DNA from: an uncultured Bacteroidales bacterium
Lineage (GTDB): Bacteria > Bacillota_I > Bacilli_A > ML615J-28 > CAG-698
DNA: 64,000 bases
Reading direction: 5' to 3'
Assembly: GCA_964411675.1 (NCBI GenBank)
Contig: CAYPLR010000002.1
Location: 25,536-89,535 of the forward strand
Shown: one piece after another, positions 38,801-46,837 of the stretch
How the letters are laid out: every line of letters starts with the position of its first letter
How positions within the stretch are numbered: the stretch's first letter is position 1
Translations under genes and position numbers: made by a program
Notes under the pieces: generated by a model
What the model saw: the letters and a program-made list of their open reading frames with translations, nothing else
What the model was told of the DNA's origin: nothing
Database searches by the model: none

Positions 38801-40427
38801 TACGATTCCTTGTGGTATTATTCAGTTTACGTTAGCAACAAATCCAAAAGCAGTTGCTGCCAATCAGTCAGCATGTAAGATGCTTGGATATGCCAATGAA
38901 AAAGATTTTGTTGAGACTGTGGGGAAAGATCTTTCTAACCTTCTTGTAAAAGGAACAAATAAGTTTGTCAATAAACAAACATACAAGGAATTAAAAGAGG
39001 GAAAACAACTCAATTACGAAGTCGAGTTTAAAAAGAAAAACGGTAGTTCAGGTTGGTATCGTATCACGATCTATCAATTAACCAATGTTGAAGGAATAGA
39101 GGTAATTCAAGGAGTATTTATTGACTTTAGCGAAGATAAAACTAAATTGATTACCACGAAAGAAAACATCTCAATTTTAAATCGTTCTCTTGATTTTTTA
39201 AGAGTTGGGGTTGTTTGCTGGGAACAAGATAGCAAAATCAAGATTGCTTTAATCAATAAAAAAATGAGCGAAATGTTGGGTTATTCTCATCAAGAATATT
39301 GTAAATTATTCTCATCGGGTAAAATTGATAATAATACTAAAATAGAAGATCTTAAGTTTAATTATGAGGAATTGAAGAAACTCCAAAGCAACGAAGAAAA
39401 AGTTGTTGAATTAACTAGAAAAGATAATAGTAAAATTATTGCTAAGATTAATTTATCTATCGATACTAGCGAAGGACAAGATTCTTATCAAGCAACAGTA
39501 ATAGATATTACCAAAGAATATCAAGAAAACAAGGAAATAAACAGTAAAATTGATTTATATGAGAATTTATTGTGTATTCCTAAAAGCTATATATTCGATT
39601 ATAATATCAACAGCAAAGTTTTAAAATACTATAGGCCAGATAAAGAAGAAAATAAAGACACGAATATTGTTGAAAACTTCAACACAAAAATTGTGAAATA
39701 TAAAAATATACACGAAGATTATATTAAAGAATTCACAAAAATCTTCTTAAAAAAATACGAACAAGAAACGAAAGACAGTTTAGAATTTCTCGCCAAATTC
39801 AATAGTCCTGATTTCAATTGGTATCGTATTACTTATAAAGTTATTAAGGATGAAGAAAAAAAAGGTTTTCGTGTCATCGGTAGTGTTTGCAATGTTCATT
39901 CCGAAGTAGAAAAAGTAATCAGGATGAAAGAGCGTTCCCAAAGAGACATTATGAGTGGGCTTTACAATCGGGCAGTTACTGAAGAATTGATAAAAAGTAA
40001 ACTTTGTGAAATGAAAAGAAATGAAACATTTACTTTTTATATGATAGATATCGATCAATTTAAAGAAATTAATGATGAATATGGTCATTTAATTGGGGAT
40101 AGATTAATTTTAAAAATATCAAACATGTTAAAGCAAAAATTCGATTCTAAAGCAATCATAGGTAGACTGGGTGGGGATGAATTTGCGGTTTTATCTATGA
40201 CAGAAAACAGTGAAGAAAAAGCAATTCTTAAAGCAGAAGATATTCTTCAAGCGACAAGAGATTTGAGTAAAACAATGAATGTTAAGCTAAAAATTACAAC
40301 AAGTGTAGGGATAGCGATGGCTCCTCGCGATGGAAAAGCATTTAAGACACTATTTATGAATGCTGATAAAGCAATGTATAAAGCTAAAAACGAAGGAAAA
40401 GATTGTTGTAAGGTTTATCAAGACTAA
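35853..40427 (+). CDS. multidomain c-di-GMP turnover/sensor protein: REC-like - PAS - degenerate GGDEF - EAL - PAS repeats - GGDEF
   Basis: 1524 aa. N-terminal CheY-like fold (VIDKDY...LLIILISD...LYKPF). First GGDEF degenerate (RAEADHF in place of RxGGDEF; DID replaced by WNIE). EAL domain with all catalytic signatures (EALARW, QPIY, VNVS, FEITET, DDFGSGYSS, KMDMKF, AEGVET, QGYY). C-terminal GGDEF intact (RLGGDEFAVL). Extended -10 TGtGGGATAAT and RBS AAGAGGAAAA upstream. Confidence 0.85.
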   Translation: MNLKKTILVIDKDYQESIFLNDFLASEFDVLTINDECIINNIINTQKENLLIILISDTFMNENITSKGVIDRIKALKIPLLGIVSQKGNGEEKKFLDLGIIDLLYKPFTYGDVFGEIVNIVKKDKTQKQLQLIMDNITGGVLLIDVGETLRCLYVNQGFFSFSGYSEEKYHQNMQIDIARYIFSEDEPFVRNQLTQAVKDNKPFSFDFRTTIKENEIRWFYAQGTPIKDNETTDSMVLVLLTDITKLKNAEEELSRTSSQLSMIIKNLNCGIAIFLLDEDIELLYGNGTLSKLMGFKNDEIRNLSSESLSKCVYEKDFEKFKKYLKEASQEKTDSKIDIRFIKGNATINWVRFNAERISENSNKSLVYGIFLEINKEKAQEEHTQKTTEELTYRANYDLLTGVFNKTAFCNATYTMLKIYPQKKFILTMWNIEQFKIINDLLGIKTGDRILQIIANRFANILSGQGTYARAEADHFVTCFPKDQFDVEEILNDIVNSIGQLKIQNQIRIVAGIYEVDDINIPVEQMCDRAALAMQTIKGKFLKNFAYYDDHLRLSLVVEREIVNEMIQAIENREFTIYLQPIYSLAKNEVIGAEALARWIHPQKGVISPSVFIPVFERNGFIAKLDYYIWEETCRYIRKRMDENKKLIPISVNVSRLSLYNPFLCEEIVELIDNYGINHNLLRFEITETAYNDNPKQLLSTISKMKKEKLKIMIDDFGSGYSSLNALKEIPVDIIKMDMKFLEGVKESNRADSILTSVIRMAKWIDNPVIAEGVETETQLHFLKSIGCDRIQGYYISPPLPVEQFDKYLESNPKVYIGEAPLQLVVDQLDLGALFSGNPLLTYFLDNIASGVGVYEFYKGNLIGLRVNNAYYKIMGYTKETFLQDAKSILQQVYEEDRKKLIDACKLVISNKKPEKLLFRRYRADKVIIWLDSNINYLGGSKKKPLISITISDVTISVQDRKLLSYQEETIMRSYRFLAKLYDTIPCGIIQFTLATNPKAVAANQSACKMLGYANEKDFVETVGKDLSNLLVKGTNKFVNKQTYKELKEGKQLNYEVEFKKKNGSSGWYRITIYQLTNVEGIEVIQGVFIDFSEDKTKLITTKENISILNRSLDFLRVGVVCWEQDSKIKIALINKKMSEMLGYSHQEYCKLFSSGKIDNNTKIEDLKFNYEELKKLQSNEEKVVELTRKDNSKIIAKINLSIDTSEGQDSYQATVIDITKEYQENKEINSKIDLYENLLCIPKSYIFDYNINSKVLKYYRPDKEENKDTNIVENFNTKIVKYKNIHEDYIKEFTKIFLKKYEQETKDSLEFLAKFNSPDFNWYRITYKVIKDEEKKGFRVIGSVCNVHSEVEKVIRMKERSQRDIMSGLYNRAVTEELIKSKLCEMKRNETFTFYMIDIDQFKEINDEYGHLIGDRLILKISNMLKQKFDSKAIIGRLGGDEFAVLSMTENSEEKAILKAEDILQATRDLSKTMNVKLKITTSVGIAMAPRDGKAFKTLFMNADKAMYKAKNEGKDCCKVYQD

Positions 40428-40457
40428 AAGAGCGCATCAAGAATGCGTTCTTTTTTT
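40428..40457 (+). terminator. rho-independent terminator
   Basis: AGAGCGCAT-caaga-ATGCGTTCT followed by T7. Confidence 0.8.
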
Positions 40458-40548
40458 ATTATTGGAGAAACAATTCAGCGAAAGCCTTTACAAAAATCAC
40501 GAATTTTATTATAATGTATATAATTATAAATACAATAAGAGGGACATT

Positions 40549-41181
40549 ATGGAAAGAACTGTGGCAAAGTGCTTATTAGAAATAAAAGCCATATTTTTTG
40601 GGTTTTCAACCGAGTATATCTCTTCTAAAGGTGAAAGATTGCCGGTTTACTGTAACAATAGAGTAATTCTATCTTATCCAAGAGTAAGAAAAGTAATCAC
40701 TAAATGGTTAACTAATGTAATTAAGGATACTTATCCTGATGTAGATATGATTATTGGAACGTCAATTGCAGGAACTTCCTTCGCTGTTTTAATCAGTGAT
40801 GCTTTAAGTGTTGCATCAGGATATGTGTTAGAAAATGATGCAATGCGTGAATCTGATGAAAGAATTAGGGAAGCGTTTAAACCTGGTGCAAAAGTAGTGG
40901 TTATTGATGACACAATTCGTACAGGAGCAACAATTATAAGTGTTACAAAAACATTGAGGAAATTTGGATGTGAAGTGCTTGGAGGCGTTGCATTATTTTC
41001 CTATGAACTAGAAAGAACAGAAAAAATGTTAGCGGAAGAACATATTAAATATACAGCACTAACAAATTTTGATACCGTTACTTTGATTGGGCAGCAAACA
41101 GGAAGAATTAGTTATAACGAATATGTTCAAGCTCTAAAATTCAAGAACGAGCCATTTGCTGATGAGTGGCATAAAAAGTAA
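40549..41181 (+). CDS. orotate phosphoribosyltransferase (PyrE) homolog with divergent catalytic loop
   Basis: 211 aa, collinear with PyrE (LLEIKAIFFGF...PVYCNNR...SYPRVR; PRPP motif KVVVIDDTIRTGATI). The flexible-loop region reads LENDAMRESDERIREA instead of the Lys-rich SKAKGHGKGNQIEG-type loop. AGAGGGA precedes ATG 40549. The ORF-track 5' extension overlaps the upstream gene and lacks an RBS. Confidence 0.65.
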   Translation: MERTVAKCLLEIKAIFFGFSTEYISSKGERLPVYCNNRVILSYPRVRKVITKWLTNVIKDTYPDVDMIIGTSIAGTSFAVLISDALSVASGYVLENDAMRESDERIREAFKPGAKVVVIDDTIRTGATIISVTKTLRKFGCEVLGGVALFSYELERTEKMLAEEHIKYTALTNFDTVTLIGQQTGRISYNEYVQALKFKNEPFADEWHKK

Positions 41182-41189
41182 GGAATTTC

Positions 41190-41909
41190 ATGGACACTTT
41201 AAAAATAGCAAAAGAAAATGTAAAGATGATTGCTCATCGTGGATTGAGCGGTTTAGAAAAGGAAAACACCATTGCTGCATTTATTGCAGCGGGTAATAGA
41301 ACATATTATGGAATGGAGTGTGACATCCACTTGACAAAAGATAATGTTTTTGTTGTTTGTCATGATGATCACACAGGGAGAGTTTCACCAATCAAAAAAA
41401 TTATAAAAGAGTTGACTTATGAGGAACTATCAGAGATTTGCTTGTTCGGATTTGAAAGTAAAACTACAAGATCGTATTTGAAGATTCCAACTCTTAAAGA
41501 ATATTTAGAAACTTCTAAAAAATATAATAAACATTGTATTATTGAAATAAAATGCGAACTAGAAAAAAAAGATGTTGATAAATTGCTAGCAGAAATAGAA
41601 GAATTAGATTATTTAGATAATGTTGTTTTTATTTCTTTTAATCTTGAAAACTTAAAAAAAGTAAGAAGAATTAATAAAAATATACCCTTGCAGTTTTTAA
41701 CATCGACCTATACAAAGGAACTACCAGAACTTTGTAAAAAAGAAAAAGTGGACATTGATATTGCGTATCATGAATTGACTTTATCAATTGTAGAGGAATT
41801 TCATAGCTCCAATATCAAGGTGAATGCATGGACAGTTAATAATCCGATTGAAGCGTTGATTTTAGTTTCTTGGAATATAGATTATATTACAACCAACATA
41901 TTAGAATAA
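41190..41909 (+). CDS. glycerophosphodiester phosphodiesterase family protein (cytoplasmic)
   Basis: GDPD motifs IAHRG...ENT, ECDIHLTKD, and VCHDD. Confidence 0.8.
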   Translation: MDTLKIAKENVKMIAHRGLSGLEKENTIAAFIAAGNRTYYGMECDIHLTKDNVFVVCHDDHTGRVSPIKKIIKELTYEELSEICLFGFESKTTRSYLKIPTLKEYLETSKKYNKHCIIEIKCELEKKDVDKLLAEIEELDYLDNVVFISFNLENLKKVRRINKNIPLQFLTSTYTKELPELCKKEKVDIDIAYHELTLSIVEEFHSSNIKVNAWTVNNPIEALILVSWNIDYITTNILE

Positions 41910-41934
41910 GCTTCAAATTTGAAGCTTTTTATTT
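41908..41934 (+). terminator. rho-independent terminator
   Basis: Palindrome AAGCTTCAAATTTGAAGCTT followed by TTTATTT, starting 1 nt after the stop. Confidence 0.7.
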
Positions 41935-41978
41935 ATAGTTTAAAAATTATGTTATAATGATTACTCGAGGTGACGATA

Positions 41979-43217
41979 ATGAGTTTATACCAAAAAGATT
42001 ATGAAGTTTATCAAGCAATTAAAAATGAATTACAAAGACAACAAAATAATATTGAACTAATCGCATCAGAAAACTTTACATCGAAAGAAGTAATGGCTGC
42101 GCAGGGTTCGGTTATGACCAACAAGTATGCGGAAGGATATCCGAATGCTCGCTATTATAGTGGCTGTGAGAATGTTGATATCGTAGAACGATTGGCAATA
42201 GAACGAGTAAAAGAGCTTTTTGGAGCTAAATTTGCTAATGTACAACCCCATTCTGGTTCACAAGCGAATATGGGAGCTTATCGAGCGTTGCTAGCAGCAA
42301 AAGATGTGGTATTAGGAATGGCTTTAGATCAAGGAGGTCACTTAACGCATGGACATCCTTTGAACTTTTCTGGTGTTGATTACCAATTTATTCCATATTA
42401 TGTAAATAAAGAAACAGAAGAAATAGATTATGAAGCATTACAACAATTAGCCTTACAAGAAAAACCAGCATTGATCGTTGCAGGTGCTAGTGCTTATTCA
42501 AAAGCTATTGATTTCAAACGATTCCGTGAAATTGCAGATTTAGTAGGCGCAAAATTAATGGTTGATATGGCACATATCGCAGGATTAGTTGCTACTGGTT
42601 TGCACCAAAATCCAGTTTTATATGCAGATGTGGTTACGAGTACAACTCATAAAACTTTGCGAGGACCTCGCGGTGGTTTGATACTAACGAATAATGAAGA
42701 AATCGCGAAGAAAATTGATAAAGTAGTTTTTCCAGGAATTCAAGGTGGACCATTAATGCACGTGATTGCAGCAAAAGCAGTTGCTTTCAAAGAAGCATTA
42801 CAACCTGAATTTAAAACATACCAACAACAAGTGATTAAAAACAGTAAAGTTTTAGCGGAAGAATTAATGAAACATGGTTTCATCTTGGTTGCAAATGGAA
42901 CAGATAATCATTTACTGATTTTAAACGCCAAAAAATCTTTAGGAATTTCTGGTAAAAAAGCAGCAAATATTTTGGACAGTGTAGGAATCACATGTAATAA
43001 GAATACTGTACCTTACGACACAGAAAAACCGATGGTTACTAGTGGAATTAGAATGGGAACAGCAGCCGTAACAACAAGGGGATTTAAAGAACCAGAAATG
43101 AGAAAAGTTGCGGAATTGATTAGTAGAACATTAAAAAATTATACAAAACAAGAAGAATTAGATCAAATTAAGAAAGAAGTTTTAGCACTAACATCACAAT
43201 TTCCATTATATTGCTGA
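41979..43217 (+). CDS. glyA: serine hydroxymethyltransferase
   Basis: PLP-lysine motif [12 protein letters not shown]. Full-length SHMT similarity. GAGGTG sits 7 nt before ATG 41979. -10 TGTTATAAT upstream. Confidence 0.95.
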   Translation: MSLYQKDYEVYQAIKNELQRQQNNIELIASENFTSKEVMAAQGSVMTNKYAEGYPNARYYSGCENVDIVERLAIERVKELFGAKFANVQPHSGSQANMGAYRALLAAKDVVLGMALDQGGHLTHGHPLNFSGVDYQFIPYYVNKETEEIDYEALQQLALQEKPALIVAGASAYSKAIDFKRFREIADLVGAKLMVDMAHIAGLVATGLHQNPVLYADVVTSTTHKTLRGPRGGLILTNNEEIAKKIDKVVFPGIQGGPLMHVIAAKAVAFKEALQPEFKTYQQQVIKNSKVLAEELMKHGFILVANGTDNHLLILNAKKSLGISGKKAANILDSVGITCNKNTVPYDTEKPMVTSGIRMGTAAVTTRGFKEPEMRKVAELISRTLKNYTKQEELDQIKKEVLALTSQFPLYC

Positions 43218-43332
43218 TGAATGATTTAATTAAAATATCTTTCCTTTCATGATAAAATATGATAAGATAAAGAAAAGGAATGGGTGTGTTAGCATCACAC
43301 GAATTCTCATCGCCAAAAAAATGGAGGTGCCT

Positions 43333-44457
43333 ATGAGATATAGAATAGAGAAAGATTCGTTAGGAGAAAAAATTATTCCCGCTGAATCATATTTTGGAAT
43401 TCAAACTCTTCGCTCAAAAGAATTATTTCAAATAACAAAGCATGGTCAATGCCGCCAAAACATTAAGGCTTTTGCCCATGTGAAAAAAGCAGCTGCAAAA
43501 ACTAATCAAGAATTTGGTTTTATTCCTAAGGAAAAAGCAAATGCAATTAGTCTAAGCGCTGATGAGATATTGAATGGAAGACTTCATGGACAATTCGTTA
43601 CAGATTCTATTCAAGATGGCTATGGAATGGGAATGCATATGAATGCCTGCGAGGTAATCGCAAATCGAGCCAATGAGATGCTTGGTGGTGAAAAAGGTCG
43701 CTATGATAAAGTTGACCCAGTAGCAGATGTCAATTTGAATCAAGACAATGAAGAAGTAGTTGTACTAGCAGGAAAAATTACAACCATTCGATTAGTGAAG
43801 AAATTAATGACAGAAGCCAAGAAACTTGTGAATGCTTATTATGACAAAATCGAACAAGCTAATCTTGATAAAGAAGATCCAAAATCATTTGGGTATCAGT
43901 TGGCATCAATGGCAAGTATTTTAGAGAAAGATATCAAACGTCTCGACAAAGCACTAGACTCTATGTTAGAAATTCATTTTGGACTAGCTTTGAATCTTAA
44001 TGAAGAACAAGGAAGAGATGAATATTTAAAAAAATTTGTGAAGAACTTGAGTTTATCTAACAGTGAAAGCTACAACTATTCAAAAAACGCTTTAGATTCT
44101 ATTCGTAGTTTAAATGGTTTTATGATGGTTTCTTCTGTCTTAAAAAATATGATTATTAATTTTTCGAAAATAGCAAGCGATATGAAAATATTATCGAAAG
44201 AAGGAAAAATAAAAATCCCTCAAGTTCAGGATTTTCTAACATTTACGGATAATAATGTCGTTTTAGATATGGTTAGGCAAATCTCATTTTATATTATGGG
44301 AAATGATTTAACGATTTCTCGAGCAGTTGAAGAAGGAGATTTAGGAATCAACATCTTCAAACCAATGATCTTTGCTTGTTTATTTGAAAGTGCCAATTTA
44401 ATTAGAAGAGCTATTAGAACGGTTAGAGAAAAAGTAGTCGAACCAATGCAAATATAA
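43333..44457 (+). CDS. aspartase/fumarase-fold (fumarate-lyase superfamily) protein, truncated and catalytically degenerate
   Basis: N-terminus collinear with AspA/FumC (YRIEKDSLGEKIIPAESYFGIQTLRS; VKKAAAKTN). Signature catalytic blocks are altered (TS of GxxGTSxMN -> MGMHMN; SQSxND -> NQDNEE; no GSSxMPxKxN SS-loop). About 100 aa shorter than class II lyases. GGAGGTG sits 4 nt before ATG 43333. Confidence 0.6.
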   Translation: MRYRIEKDSLGEKIIPAESYFGIQTLRSKELFQITKHGQCRQNIKAFAHVKKAAAKTNQEFGFIPKEKANAISLSADEILNGRLHGQFVTDSIQDGYGMGMHMNACEVIANRANEMLGGEKGRYDKVDPVADVNLNQDNEEVVVLAGKITTIRLVKKLMTEAKKLVNAYYDKIEQANLDKEDPKSFGYQLASMASILEKDIKRLDKALDSMLEIHFGLALNLNEEQGRDEYLKKFVKNLSLSNSESYNYSKNALDSIRSLNGFMMVSSVLKNMIINFSKIASDMKILSKEGKIKIPQVQDFLTFTDNNVVLDMVRQISFYIMGNDLTISRAVEEGDLGINIFKPMIFACLFESANLIRRAIRTVREKVVEPMQI

Positions 44458-44491
44458 AAACTCCACTTATGTGGAGTCAGACTGATGACAA

Positions 44492-44535
44492 ACTACCTTT
44501 TTTAAAAAGCAATAAAAGGTAGTTTTTTATTTTCC
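44492..44535 (+). terminator. rho-independent terminator of the plus-strand unit
   Basis: ACTACCTTTT-ttaaaaagcaat-AAAAGGTAGT followed by T6ATTTT. Confidence 0.7.
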
Positions 44536-44640
44536 CCATTTGGCATCTAAATATATACCCCATATGATGATTAATCCCCACAAGGGGGATATATAGAAAA
44601 ATAATCCCCACTTAACAATCATATGAGAACAAAAAAATAT

Positions 44641-44663
44641 GAGCGTTGACTTTGTCAACGCTC
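44641..44663 (-). terminator. rho-independent terminator of DppA-like gene (minus strand)
   Basis: On the minus strand: GAGCGTTGAC-aaa-GTCAACGCTC followed by ATATTTTTTTG. Confidence 0.6.
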
Positions 44664-44687
44664 TGACTCCACTTATGTGGAGTTTTT

Positions 44688-45485
44688 TTATAGGATAAAT
44701 TTGAAAACAGTTAAGATATCAGTATAATTTGATGATTGACAAATGACACTGTCACTTCCTAAAAGTTTACAACCAGGAAAGAAAGAATTACGATAAGCAT
44801 CAGTATGGCGTTTATATTGTATTTCTATCTCAAATTTTTTTGGTAAAGATACTATATTCTGTGCCAAATCTTTAGTTAAAGCTTGAAAAACGCCTTCTTC
44901 AATTTCTTTACAAGTAATATGTGGATGTTTAGAAATGACAGCATTGAAACGTCCCTCTTTACTAGCTACGGTTTCAATATTAGGATTTATCTCTTTCACA
45001 AGATTTGTTAGGTTAGCATCTCCACTTAAAAAAGCAACGGGTACATTTAATAACGATGCATAATAAGAATTAATAGTAAATTCACTTGCAATTACGTTGT
45101 TTATCTTAACGTAATGAATGTTTGTATTCATGGTGTGGGACAAAGGATTTCCATTTGAGCGTGATGGGCTGTGATAGCCAATAAAAACAACAGCATCAAA
45201 AGAAGAATCTAATCCTGCCATCATACTGCATAGACTGCCTTCCCAACCACGATGAAGCTTAACCATTTCTGGTAAATCAAGAATGTTTAGATTTCTTGCA
45301 CTATCGTGAGCATCTTTAATAACAATTTCTGTTGCTCCTGCACGGATTGCACCCAGACAAGCAGCGTTTACTTCCCTTTGTAATTCTTCTTGAAACTCCT
45401 TATAACGAGGAGAAGAGACTTCTGTTTCTTCCCAATGGCAAATGCCATTGATACCTTCAATATCAATACTTAAAAATACTTTCAT
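44688..45485 (-). CDS. M55-family D-aminopeptidase (DppA-like)
   Basis: MKVFLSIDIEGINGI N-terminus and metal-ligand H/E pattern typical of DppA. AGGAGG sits 9 nt before the ATG. Confidence 0.65.
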   Translation of the reverse strand: MKVFLSIDIEGINGICHWEETEVSSPRYKEFQEELQREVNAACLGAIRAGATEIVIKDAHDSARNLNILDLPEMVKLHRGWEGSLCSMMAGLDSSFDAVVFIGYHSPSRSNGNPLSHTMNTNIHYVKINNVIASEFTINSYYASLLNVPVAFLSGDANLTNLVKEINPNIETVASKEGRFNAVISKHPHITCKEIEEGVFQALTKDLAQNIVSLPKKFEIEIQYKRHTDAYRNSFFPGCKLLGSDSVICQSSNYTDILTVFKFIL

Positions 45486-45605
45486 AAAACTAATTTCCTC
45501 CTGACAATTACAAATTAATTATACATTAAAAAGGGGATATTTTAAATATATATTTTATTTTTCTACTATTTATGATATAATAAGTTCATATTTCGGAGGT
45601 AAATA

Positions 45606-46313
45606 ATGGAAAAAATTAAAATGCGTACCAAATTTGATTATAGGACAATGAAGTATTGTAATATGTATTTATTAACATATAAAAGAAAGAGCTTCCTTAT
45701 GTATATTTTCTTAATTTTATTATCGCTTGGAGCAAGTGTTTACTTTGGATTCTTTTCTGGAGAAAACAATAATTTATTAATGGCTGGTTTATTTTTATTA
45801 GTTGCAGCATATGTTGCTTATCAAGCTTTATCGGTAGAAAAAGCTTTAGACAAGCATTTACAAAATTTCTTTTATAATCGCCCTGTTGTTGAACAAATTA
45901 TTGAAATTGATGAAGAGAAGATTACCATTACAGCATCATCAAGACCTAATGAGCCACAAACATATGACTGGAGTTTTGTGAGTGAAATTCATGAAATTCC
46001 TCAATACTATATGTTGTTTGTTGGAAAGAATACGCCAATTATTCTTGATCGTAGTGAGGAAGCTTTACTGGAAGGTTCATTTGCTGATTTAGCAGCGTTA
46101 ATTACTGAAAAAGCAGAAACAAAACCATATAAAATTCTTAATAAAAATATCATTAAGAAGCCAATTACCTATGTACACCAATATATTGAACCCGTTCATA
46201 ATATAGAAGAGGTTGAAGCAACTGATGAAAGCCAAGAAGTACCAGAAGTAGAAGTAAAAAATGTTGAAGAAGCAGAAGTAGTTGCTCCAAAAGAAGATAA
46301 CAAACAAGAATAA
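45606..46313 (+). CDS. YcxB-like membrane protein with acidic C-terminal tail
   Basis: Two TM helices (FLMYIFLILLSLGASVYFGFF / LMAGLFLLVAAYVAYQAL). C-terminal E/V-rich low-complexity segment. Confidence 0.5.
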   Translation: MEKIKMRTKFDYRTMKYCNMYLLTYKRKSFLMYIFLILLSLGASVYFGFFSGENNNLLMAGLFLLVAAYVAYQALSVEKALDKHLQNFFYNRPVVEQIIEIDEEKITITASSRPNEPQTYDWSFVSEIHEIPQYYMLFVGKNTPIILDRSEEALLEGSFADLAALITEKAETKPYKILNKNIIKKPITYVHQYIEPVHNIEEVEATDESQEVPEVEVKNVEEAEVVAPKEDNKQE

Positions 46314-46834
46314 TGAAAGTTGTTGTCAGTACTAATTTTTCTGAATCGCGAGCAAAAACTTTTTTTCGCTTTCACTTAACGAAGAAATCAAAATCTCAAT
46401 ATATTTATTTTGGGATTGGATTATTCCTAATCATTCTAGGAATATTATTCGTATTTGCTTTTCACAAAGATACGGCAGGAATGATTATTTTTATTGCTGG
46501 ATTTGCTGTTTTTATCGTTAGGCCGATACAAATAAATTCAATCGTAAATAAAATTGTGATGAGAAACAAAATTAGTGGTGGTAAATATATCATCACCATT
46601 GAGGATGATTTCATTGCCTATGATTTTGAAGGGAATGTTCGTCGTTACTCATGGAAAACGATTGAATGTGTATTTGAAACAGAGGATTGTTTTTATATTT
46701 ATACAAACCCTAACATGGCAATCATTTTACCTAAATTTACAGTTGAGGGAGCAAAGCGTAAAGAATTAATAGAATTTTTTAAAACAAAAGTCACTTATAA
46801 AAAATATCGCTTCAAGCAGAAAGCAGAAGAGTAA
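46313..46834 (+). CDS. YcxB-like membrane protein (paralog)
   Basis: Two TM helices (YIYFGIGLFLIILGILFVFAF / MIIFIAGFAVFIV). Start overlaps the previous stop (TAATG). Confidence 0.5.
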   Translation: MKVVVSTNFSESRAKTFFRFHLTKKSKSQYIYFGIGLFLIILGILFVFAFHKDTAGMIIFIAGFAVFIVRPIQINSIVNKIVMRNKISGGKYIITIEDDFIAYDFEGNVRRYSWKTIECVFETEDCFYIYTNPNMAIILPKFTVEGAKRKELIEFFKTKVTYKKYRFKQKAEE

Positions 46835-46837
46835 GCC

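Larger units (their letters stand above)
44459..44687. repeat. inverted-repeat-bounded, C-rich structured intergenic element (candidate sRNA or MITE-like insertion)
   Basis: ACTCCACTTATGTGGAGTCAGA at 44460-44481 and TCTGACTCCACTTATGTGGAGT at 44662-44683 form 22-nt terminal inverted repeats. Between them are four CCCCA motifs, hairpin ATCCCC-acaag-GGGGAT, and imperfect inverted repeat CATATGATGATTAA/TTAACAATCATATG. Confidence 0.45.

Noticed and set aside
40360-40548. 5' extension of the PyrE-like ORF overlapping the 3' end of the GGDEF/EAL gene
   Set aside because: The extension has no RBS and spans the upstream terminator. The ATG at 40549 is preceded by AGAGGGA and matches the PyrE N-terminus.
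43249-43332. 5' extension of the aspartase-like ORF (MIKYDKIKK...)
   Set aside because: It has no RBS. GGAGGTG immediately precedes ATG 43333, which matches the conserved lyase N-terminus.
46575-46769. 64-aa same-strand ORF inside the YcxB-like gene, and 49519-49710 inside DUF2207 gene
   Set aside because: Both are alternative-frame ORFs within longer supported CDSs and lack RBSs.
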